From Octopus sinensis (Eukaryota): 64,000 nt of DNA. The stretch is taken from assembly GCF_006345805.1 (NCBI RefSeq), contig NC_043017.1, positions 2,666,001-2,730,000 of the forward strand, written 5' to 3'. The notes under the pieces are model-generated. The model did not search any database and was not told the DNA's origin. It worked only from the letters and a program-made list of their open reading frames with translations. Shown here in pieces: positions 25,820 through 36,985 of the stretch. Every line of letters starts with the position of its first letter. The stretch's first letter is position 1. Both the position numbers and the translations under genes were made by a program.

Positions 25820-28800
25820 CTTTGATACTTTGATACTTTGATAGGTTTCGGCCATTATTGGCCCAGGCCATGTCTAACTTAATAGCACCACCTGGTGAAG
25901 TCTTTCAAGTCAGAATTTGGGCACTATGGCCCACTCAAGTAGAGAGTTGTTTTACAGAGACATATCGGGTGTAGGGGGTTTATCCGGGATTTCTTGAAGG
26001 AATCTGTCCAAAGACTTCTTGAACCCTATAGGGTCAGTTTCTGTTTTAATGCGTTTTGGTGTAATGTTAAAGAGAGCGGGGCCAATTGAGGTGAAATAAT
26101 GTGCCGTTTGTTATGAGATGAGAGTGCGATTTTTGTTTGGGCGGATGGCACGGGGCCCAAGCCTTGGATGTACCTTAAGGTGATGCCAACATCATTTGGG
26201 CAATGCTGATGGAATATTTTCCACATCATGCAGATGATGTAGCGCTCACGACGACGTTGATGGAGAGAATAGAGTTTTAGCTTTTCTAGTCGACCCCAAT
26301 AGTCGAGGCCTGTCATGCCATCTATCTTTTTTGTGATTGCCCTTGAGGTTGCTTCGACTTTTATGATACTTGTATTGTGTGGGGAGACCACAGTGGACAA
26401 CAGTATTCAAGGTGGGGTCGGGCAAAAGTGGAGAAGAGAAGGATAATGGTGTGATATCTCTCGACTGGAAAGTTCTGAGAATCCAGGAACACATTCTGCG
26501 GGCCATGTCAACTTTGGTGTTTATATGAGTGGCCCAGCTTACGTTGTTGTCCACAATTACTCCCAAGTCTCTGATGTTGTTGGACGCCGTGTGAGAGTTT
26601 CACCTGAAGGAAGGGGAGTATGGGAGTTTCAGGGCATCCTCTTTTCCAAAGTGGATTAGCTCAAAATTATCCTCGTTCAGCAGCATATTGTTTTTTCTGC
26701 CCATTGGATAAACAGCCAGTAGATCTGACTGAAGGCATGTCCGGTCACTCGCCTCATTTATGACCTTCTGTAGCTTGGAGTCATCTGCAAAGATTTTTAT
26801 GTTGCTGTGCTTGATGATGTCATTAATGTCATTAATGTAAATGATGAAAAGAAGTGGGCCCAGCACAGTGCCTTGCGGAACGCCACTACTGACTTTGCTG
26901 GGCTTGATTTACCCCTTCAACTACAACATGTTGAGATCTGTCTGTCAGGAAACACTTAATCCATTTCAGTAACTTTCCAGAGACACCAATGTTGGATAGT
27001 TTTTTCAATAGGATCTTTGTATCGACCCTGTCGAAGGCCTTACTGAAATCAAGGTAGATGACATCGGTGTTGGAGCCCTCTCCCAAGCTCTCAAAATGTC
27101 CTCAAAGTGATGCAGGAGCTGCGTTAGGCAGTCCCTTCCATTACGGAACCCATGTTGGTTGGAGATCAGCCGTCTGTTGCTTTCCAGAAATTGGGTTATT
27201 TGAGATCTCACCACCCTCTCAAATACCTTGATGATATGGAGGTGAGTGAGATCGGACGGTAATTCACTGCAAGGGACTTGTTTCCCTTTTTGAAAACTGG
27301 GACAACAGACTGGGACAGAAGGTTTTTTGGAATATAGCCAGCATCCAGTGAGTTTCTCCACAGATTAGAAAGGGGAGATGCAAGTTGGTGTCGACACACC
27401 TTCAGGGACACAAGCGGGAACCTATCGGGGCCTACTGCTGAATGGTGTTTTATTTCGTTTATCGCCGCTAAGACATCAGGGGCACTAAACGTTATGCGAT
27501 ATAGGTGTTGGGGGTTGACATCATGATACAGCCCAGATCGGCCATATCAGGATTGCTGAAAACAGAGCAGTATTGTTTCTGCAGTATCTCGGCCATGGAT
27601 TTGGCATTATCTTGGAGAGTGCCAGTTTCGTCAATTAGAGGGCCTACAGTGGAGACAGTGACCCTGCGTTTCCTCGCAAATGAAAAGAACACTTTGGGGT
27701 TGAGTTTGATTTTTCAATGGCCCACTTCTCCTCAGCTGATCTTTGGTTATTGATGAGGGACTTCATGCATTGTGGAGGTTATATTTTTGGGATTCAAGCA
27801 GTGCGATAGCTGTCGAATGTGTGTGTTGCTGTTGGCAGTACTTTAGTTTGTTAATTTTTTTGTTTTTCTTTTATTTTTCTGATAATGGTTTTTCTGTTTT
27901 GGGGGATTCTGCACTTTTGTTCACAGGTCTTGGTGGGAGTGTTTTGCACATATGTCTGTGACGGTTGTCTACAAAGATCTGCCAAGATGTTTTATGGTTG
28001 GTGGAGATGTGTGTATGTGTAAAGGACCAGTCAACATTTGATAGCTCGTTCCTGATTGCATCCCAGTTGGCTTTATGGAGATCCATGTTGTCAAATGGGT
28101 GGGCTGGAGGAAGGTCACTAGATTAGCTTTCGGCTGGTGGAATTTCATGTTACAGAGAACCATGTCATGGTCTGAAAGAAGGGTTTTTTCCACTGTAACG
28201 TTATGTATAGTGTTAGTGTGGTTACTAAACACTAGGTCCAAAATGTTCTGATGTCTTGTTGGTGAATGCAGGACAAGTTGGGACAAGAAAAACTCATTCG
28301 TAAAGTCGAAAAGTGACTCTGCTGCTTCTTTGTCAGCGGTTGAGGCGGGGAGGGAGTGCTTGGTTTCAAACAGTTTGTAGTCCAGTCAACACAGGGTAGA
28401 TTGAAGTCTCCCATCATGAGTATGTTGCTAGAATGGCACTGTTGAATAAAGCACTTAATGCTGTTGAGGCATTCTTTAAAGCACAGTATGGGTGTTGGGG
28501 GCGGCCTATAGAGTCCAATTACTGTCAGATCATTGGCTTTGTTGTGCACGGTGACTGATTCACAGTAGCCGTTGGAGAATATACTATTTCCATCTGCCGT
28601 AAATGAATCATGCAGGAAAATGGCAGTTCCACCCTTCCTCCTGCCGATACGATCCGCGCGGATGGTTGTGAAATTCTTCACTCTCACTTCGGCTTCCAAG
28701 TGGGAGTTGTCAAGGTGGGTCTCAGTGAGAATGAGAAGAAAGGATGTGGTGTGAATGGTTACCAACCCAGTCTTCAATGAATTGGACCTTCCATTTTTGT

Positions 28801-29440
28801 GCATTGATGGAAGGGCTGACACCTTGTGCATTGAGTAGGAATGTGGAGGTTAGTGTAGTGGCTGGTTTTGACTGTTGCAGGGGGCTTGGATTTTTTGTGT
28901 GTGTTAGTGGCAGCAATGTGGGGAATTGGTTGCACTGGGGGTAATAGCATAGGATGGTGTTGAGTGATGGCTAGAATGTTTTTGTGTATCTCTTTGCCAT
29001 GTTCAACATGGCTAAAAAAGAATTTTCCTGCTTAGGGAGCAGTTTTTGGCTTGGAGGTGTGGTTGCACTGTTGGATAGGGTTGTAGTTTCCACTTTTGTT
29101 GTTGTGTTTTGTGTTCCTGAAAAGACTGGACCAGCATTACTGCAGCATGGTGTGTTTCTATTTTTATTGTTATTCAGGTTTGTGTGTGGCTTGAGGCCCC
29201 GTTTCTGTTTGTGCGTCGGGTCCCTGGAAGATGAGTGAAGGGACAGTCACTCAGTAGACATGTTCTCTCACGTTGGGAATACCGGCAGATTTTGGGACTC
29301 CGAGTTGTGTGTGTTTTGAATTTCGATTTACTATTTGGTGGTGTTGATGTTATTGTGGGATGCGTGTTTTGGCCTGGCCGGTAGTGCGTCTAGTGCCGGG
29401 TAGATGCGTGAAGATGCAGTCACTATTGTGCAGAGTCTCA
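25820..29440 (-). mobile_element. Near full-length CR1-clade LINE (ORF1 remnant + APE/RT ORF2, frameshifted)
   Basis: APE motifs (LILTETHL, IRADRIGRRKGG, IGLYRPP, MGDFNLP, NILDLVF, SDH) at about 28160-28850. RT motifs ([49 protein letters not shown]) at about 26250-27300. 3' tail is three copies of an 8-mer (CTTTGATA on +, 25820-25843). Flanked on both sides by (TA)n. Confidence 0.95.
25950..28850 (-). pseudogene. CR1 ORF2 (AP endonuclease + reverse transcriptase), broken by many single-base frameshifts
   Basis: Consecutive ORF-track fragments 28722-28916, 28232-28831, 27969-28286, 27871-28086, 27492-27692, 27208-27411, 27005-27361, 26886-27086, 26600-26866, 26246-26566 and 26026-26400 chain into one APE-RT polyprotein across frame changes. 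Confidence 0.9.
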
Positions 29441-30762
<1,322 letters not shown>

Positions 30763-32166
30763 AAAAATACCCTACCTTTTAAAAAGAAACAGTATTTTGT
30801 ATAATGCGGTCCGCGTTACGTTAAGACGAGAGGGTCATGGCCGGAATGCATTTGATCATATAACTTGGATTGTTCCGTACTGACTCTCAGTCGGAGCTTA
30901 ACCTAACAGCTCCCTCTTTCGTATTTCAGCTTCGCAGCTTCCTTCTCCTCCTTCGTATCCCCTTCCTTTTATAGTTCAACAACCTCAGCCTCCCACTTCT
31001 TCACTACTCTTACCTATAACTATCACCCTCATCTAATTACAACTAACTCTCTGATATTGATCGCCGCCATCTTGTACCCAGCTCTTTTCTCCTGTTTTAT
31101 TTTCTTTTGCTATTCTCCTCCATTTTTATCTCCGTATTTTGTTTGTTTTCTTTTGTTTCTTTGTCTTACTTATTCCTGTCATGTCTTCTAATTTTCTAAG
31201 GAAAGAGAATTTCCTGTTTCTACGTAAGGCCTTTAACCCCCTCCCCCACACCTTTTTCTTCTCTAATCTCTGTTTCTACTCACTTTCTCCCTCTGTCGTT
31301 TTTTTCTTTTTCTAGTTTAAGGCTTTATTTTAGTTATTTAAAGCAGTTTAGCAGATGGAACAAACCTACAATCTGCCAACGTTTGTGTGTGTATATGTTA
31401 TTCAACTAATAATGGTTCCGTTGATTTTGGCAAGCATCAGACCTTAAGCAAGTTGATTTCAGTCTAATCTGCCCAAGGACAGCAAGACGATACGACACAA
31501 AGCAACACAATGAATGACCCCTTTTTCCCCTACATAATCTAGGCGGAGTCCGCTTTACCTTTTAATTAATATGACACCATTTTTTCTCTCTTTTAATAGT
31601 TGGAAATAATAGGGAGGTCTCGTCAAGATAAGCATTATAAAGTAAACGATATTACGATGCATCTGTTTCCCTTCTGTTTAGTTTCACACCCGTTCCTTGT
31701 CGTATTTTCGAATCCCGACGGAGTTTTTCCCTTGTCGTATTCTTCCTTCTCCACGAATTTCACGGAGTGCTTGCGTTTCAGAGAAATTGCGGTCGATTCT
31801 TTTTTTTTCTATTTTCTTTTTTTTTTTTCCGTGGAGAAGTTCTTAACACCTCATAATACTTTTTCAGTGCCTTAGTGTTCGGACAATTCTTTTTTTTTTT
31901 CTTCTCCTCTCTCTTATTCTGCAAAAGGCTTTTAGCAGCTGTTGTGACATTACTAAATTCAAACACCCAGTCTTCGGCACCAGGTTGTTACAAATAGTTT
32001 ATCCAGTGTCTGTAAGGGAGTTTAAATTCTTTAAGGTGGGACTGAGTGTATTTCTGCATTGTAACAAAATTTGATGCAGAGATGCCATCAAAATAATTTT
32101 CTTTTTACCAACCACTCTGCAAATTATATTTCATTACCATTTTCGGGAAGTGCAACGTAAGTTATG

Positions 32167-32210
32167 CTCAGCTGATGAGGTCATAACATTGCCGAAACAT
32201 GTTCGAAGTT
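32167..32210 (+). ncRNA. Degenerate minimal hammerhead motif (third family)
   Basis: CTGATGA(32172-32178)-GGtCA-taacat-TGCC-GAAAC(32194-32198)-ATGTT with palindromic stem III AACATGTT; stem I pairs poorly. Confidence 0.45.
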
Positions 32211-32989
32211 GTCTGCTGCTTTTACGGAAAATAAATAACAGTAACAACGCTTTTAACGCCTACGTTCTTCTTGGCTCTGACAATAATGTGTTGAAGTTTC
32301 GAACCAGTAATTCTTTCCGATGTCAGTTTTCTCACCTTGAATCGAAAAACCAGCAAAGAAACTGCGTTAAGAACTGCTTGCTGCATTTGTAAAGGTTGTC
32401 CTTTAAATTTATGCAGTGAAGACAGGTCTGTGGTCATTTAGCAGTTCAGCACTTAAATAATATGCATAGATACGCATATTGGTGTGTTTTTGTTTTTAAA
32501 GATGAATACGTTGCCAGTGACTTCGAAGTCCCTGTAAAAATAGTTGTTATATTCAAATAAACTCGCACACAAACATTTATCCATTCCTGTACCCTTTTAT
32601 TTTTATTTTCCTATGAGCAAGGCTCAGAGCCATGAAATAAACCCTACCTTAACGAGTTAAATTGCATCATTTCGTTATTGGGTTACTTTGTGAAGTTAAT
32701 TCCGTTTCGGTTTCTCTGAAATACGAAACAATTTTTATTTAACGCTCTTATATTTGTGAGGCTTGGATATTGTTTGGGGTCCTTTTGGTTCCAAGGCGTT
32801 TTATAGGAATGTGGGTTATCATTGGTTGGATTTCGTAGCCAACCATGCCCGTCGCTCTGGCAGTGCACTGGGCGGCACTACCCCCACTTCTCTATTCAAT
32901 GGTGCACGCTCAGATTTACGGTGATGCACTTATTTCGAAACCCCCCTTTCGTATTATTACATGTTAGTACCCATTCAGAACATTCTAAA

Positions 32990-33335
32990 GCACCCCGGGC
33001 ATCAAAACCTGGCGATGGGTTCCTGTCCAGCCAACGAGTCTACTTCGAAACTGGTATGGTTCAGGATCGCCAGCTCGGACTGTTGGACAGTGTTGCTTGA
33101 TTTTCCGAATTAGACCCTTCTTATCTTGTTCTCTCCATTGAGGACCCAGTTGGGTTGGGGCTCGTGTTGGTCGACCACATACCACATGGTCACTGCAGAT
33201 GAGGAAGTATCTCGCTGGGATGGGGACTGACTAGGACACGAGTCGACGGATCGCCGAGAGGACCTGAAAATATATCGACAAACGGCGAATGCAGGCAACG
33301 CGGTGCATCGGTGCATGCCCCAACATCTGACCTTC
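32990..33335 (+). mobile_element. RTE-clade LINE 3' relic
   Basis: Translation SSQRVYFETGM..DRQLGLLDSVA*FSELDPSYLVLSIEDPVG / GRPHTTWSLQM / ATRCIGAC resembles the RTE ORF2 C-terminus (SN..L.RETG..RQLRLFGHVAR...DP...GRP..TW). Repeated at 34030-34300 by the gap duplication. Confidence 0.75.
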
Positions 33336-33929
33336 TAAATAAATGCTATTACGCCCTTTACTCCTGGAATTGTATTCTCTTCTGACCTTGTGCCTTCCTT
33401 TTAAAAAATTCCCGGGATCGTGCCTACTTTTCAAGAAGATCTACTGCTTAAAAGAATTATCTACCCACGTACCTTGAGGCAAAACCTGTTCTTTAACAAC
33501 CATAATGCTTTCAGAGGATTTTGGCAGTGAAGTTTGTAACTTATACGGTTTTAAGAGCTTAACTTTTGTTTTCTCTTAAGATTATTCGAGGTTTCCGGTT
33601 TCATTGTAAACGCTGGATTCCTCACCAAGGCTTTAAATCAGTACTCAGCGACTGGTGTGCCGCGGCACCCTGGTGTTTCACGAGACGATGCTAAGTGTGC
33701 CTCAGTGTAACCTGAATTTAATTTTTTCCCCTATACTTAGTTATATTTTTCGTTCAGTTGTGCCGCCGAATTTTGAAAAGAATATATAAGTGTACTAGAA
33801 ATATCAGATAAGCTTCCTTTAAAACATATTAATTTCTACTCTAGGCACAAGGCCCGAAGTTTTGGAAGAGGGAGCCAGTCGATTAGATCGACCCTAGTGT
33901 GCGACTGGTACTTAATTTATCGACCCCGA

Positions 33930-34029
33930 NNNNNNNNNNNNNNNNNNNNNNNNNNNNNNNNNNNNNNNNNNNNNNNNNNNNNNNNNNNNNNNNNNNNNNN
34001 NNNNNNNNNNNNNNNNNNNNNNNNNNNNN
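33930..34029. other. Assembly gap (100 N) flanked by a duplicated overlap
   Basis: 33062-33929 is repeated at 34030-34894 with mainly 1-3 nt indels. Confidence 0.95.
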
Positions 34030-34796
34030 CAGGATCGCCAGCTCGGACTGTTGGACAGTGTTGCTTGATTTTCCGAATTAGACCCTTCTTATCTTGTTCT
34101 CTCCATTGAGGACCCAGTTGGGTTGGGGCTCGTGTTGGTCGACCACATACCACATGGTCACTGCAGATGAGGAAGTATCTCGCTGGGATGGGGACTGACT
34201 AGGACACGAGTCGACGGTCGCCGAGAGGACCTGAAAATATATCGACAAACGGCGAATGCAGGCAACGCGGTGCATCGGTGCATGCCCCAACATCTGACCT
34301 TCTAAATAAATGCTATTACGCCCTTTACTACTCCTGGAATTGTATTCTCTTCTGACCTTGTGCCTTCCTTTTAAAAAATTCCCGGATCGTGCCTACTTTT
34401 CAAGAAGATCTACTGCTTAAAAGAATTATCTACCCACGTACCTTGAGGCAAAACCGTTCTTTAACAACCATAATGCTTTCAGAGATTTTGGCAGTGAAGT
34501 TTTTAACTTATACGGTTTTAAGAGCTTAACTTTGTTTTCTCTTTAGATTATTCGAGGTTCCGGTTTCATTGTAAACGCTGGATTCCTCACCAGGCTTTAA
34601 ATCAGTACTCAGCGACTGGTGTGCCGCGGCACCCTGGTGTTTCACGAGACGATGCTAAGTGTGCCCTCAGTGTAACCTGAATTTAATTTTTTCCCCTATA
34701 CTTAGTTATATTTTTCGTTCAGTTGTGCCGCCGAATTTTGAAAAGAATATATAAGTGTACTAGAAATATCAGATAAGCTTCCTTTAAAACATATTA

Positions 34797-35010
34797 ATTT
34801 CTACTCTAGGCACAAGGCCCGAAGTTTTGGAAGAGGGAGCCAGTCGATTAGATCGACCCTAGTGTGCGACTGGTACTTAATTTATCGACCCCGAAAGGAT
34901 GAAAGGCAAAGTCGACCTCGGCGGAATTTGAACTCAGAACGTAACGGCAGACGAAATACCGCTAAGCATTTCGCCCGGCGTGCTAACGTTTCTGCCAGCT
35001 CGCCACCTTT
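34797..35010 (-). mobile_element. tRNA-derived SINE, family B (MetaSINE-like central domain)
   Basis: Minus strand: GAGCTGGCAGAAACGTTAG...GAGTTCAAATTCCGCCGAGGTCGACTTTGCCTTTCATCCTTTCGGGGTCGATAAATTAAGTACCAG; the last part resembles the Meta domain as recalled. Copies at about 22370-22570, 25230-25365, 47640-47907, 55250-55460 and 61822-61935. Confidence 0.85.
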
Positions 35011-36678
35011 CTATTGTATCATATTGCTGTCTTGAAAAAGGACACTTTAAATAATGTGGTTCTGATTTCACTGTGATATGTGAATGACGTGATGGTCACG
35101 GTTTGATCGCCTTTGCTCACTAGCACGCTTGTTAGAATTGAATCTGGGGTAAAACAGCAAAAGTAAGAAAGGAAACTCCCATCAGTTCTCAACAACCAAA
35201 TCTTCAAACCGTCCCCTACTATGCTCCGAACGGGACCAGGAGATATATTTCTCAGTGTACGAGACCAACGAGGTGGTCGTTATTGGATTGTCAGGTCTTC
35301 TTTCATTAGGAATGGCTTGCAGGTAAAGCATAAAACAACATCGACAGACCCCGTCATAAATGTCTAGATTTGGAAAGTACAGACAACCGAGCTAATCCTT
35401 TTTGTGTGGGGTTTATGTCGAATGATATGAATGATATTAAATGGAAACTAACCGCTTACAATCCTAAGTGCAGGCTCGTGTGTTGTGTGTACACATAAAT
35501 GATATGAACATCTGTGTGTGTGTGTATATGTATATATATATATACGCTCGCACATGCACAGGTAATATAATTAATTTTTACACACACACATATTCTCTTG
35601 CGCGCGCTCTTTCTAACACACGTGCGCGCGAGAATCGCTACTTAATCTAATTGTTCGTATCTGAAATATTGCACTGAATAAATGGACATTGGGATTTGAA
35701 TGTATTTGTCTACGCTGCGAGCCTCTCTGTGTGTGTGCGTGTGTGTGTGGTTTAATTAAGGCCAGTCAGACACCGAGTTCAGTTCTAATTCTCAAGAACA
35801 GCTTCGAGCGATGATTATTAAATGAGACTAATTTTACGGAGAAGCGGATAGAGTGAACCATCTTTGTGTCATTGTGTTTATCTTGTGAGAGAGACTGCTT
35901 TATCTTCGTGCAGGTTTCTATCAACCCAAGGAGAGAGAGAGTGAGAGAGGCGATACAAATTAGCTTATGGTCCCCTGATGTAGACATCTATCATTTTACT
36001 TTCGATGTATCAAATCAGCTTCGACTGGACTAACTCTGTGACTTCTTACTTTTTCTCGCTTTTTACTGTGTGTGTGTGTGCTGTTTATTATCCTTTCCAT
36101 TACCAATAACCACTAAATGCTATGTTATACTGCTACTTCTTGTTACACTGCTATTATTTGCTGCTACGACCACCACAGTCACTGTTTATCGATCTTTTAC
36201 TTGGCCGCTGAACACACACACACACACACACACACATTATCCAGTATGAGTGTGTGTGTGTGCATTCAATTTCTGTAAGAGCTTTTTGATTTAACACCTT
36301 TCCCCCGCCGCCTGTGAATACACTTTTCCTCCTCGTCATAAAGGTAATATGTGTGTGTGTGCGCGCGCGTATATATATATGTTTATACACACACACATAC
36401 ATGTGTGTGTGTAGGAGAGAGAGAGAGGGGGGTGCGCATTCCCGCGCCGCGCGCACTCCTGGTTCTGAGACTTGTCAGGTTTACACACGTGTAGTAAACA
36501 CGAGTGCGTCGTCGTCACACACCATGGGCAGATAACTCTTGTGGAGCATTGGATCCCGTTCTCTTGTTTACATTCACTTTCTTTCTTTCGCCCTCACATT
36601 CACTTTCTTTCTCCTCCCTTCCCTGTCTCTCTATCTCACCCTCTTTCTCTCTATCCCTCCCCCTCTCTCTCTCAACAG

Positions 36679-36729
36679 ATGTGATGGAAATAAGCTTCGA
36701 AAACTCATTAATACAAACGACCCAGCCAG
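36679..36729 (+). CDS. Candidate 51-nt in-frame cassette exon of the LMO4-like gene
   Basis: Long CT tract + caacag acceptor at 36678 and CAG|gtaact donor at 36729/36730. Length is a multiple of 3 and open in the same phase-2 frame as the 40075 exon (R-CDGNKLRKLINTNDPA-R). No transcript evidence available. Confidence 0.4.
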
Positions 36730-36772
36730 GTAACTTCTACACGGATAATAACCATTGATAGGTACTACTAGC

Positions 36773-36985
36773 GAACAGTGGTCCCGGTGCGCGCACTCGC
36801 GTAGTCGCGCATCCGCGCTAGCTAGTCGTGACTAGTCTATCCTACAACGACTACCTAGCAAAGTAAATAAAACACAAAATAATTTTTGTTAAACAAAGTT
36901 AATAACCCAAAAACATAAAGTAAGTATCGACTAGTCATGACTAGCTAGCGCGGATGCGCGAGTACACGCACCGGGACCACTGTTC
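36773..36985. repeat. CpG-rich foldback element / MITE with ~57-65 bp arms
   Basis: Left arm 36773-36837 and right arm 36929-36985 are reverse complements apart from three substitutions and an 8-nt insertion. AT-rich spacer; no clear TSD. Confidence 0.85.
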
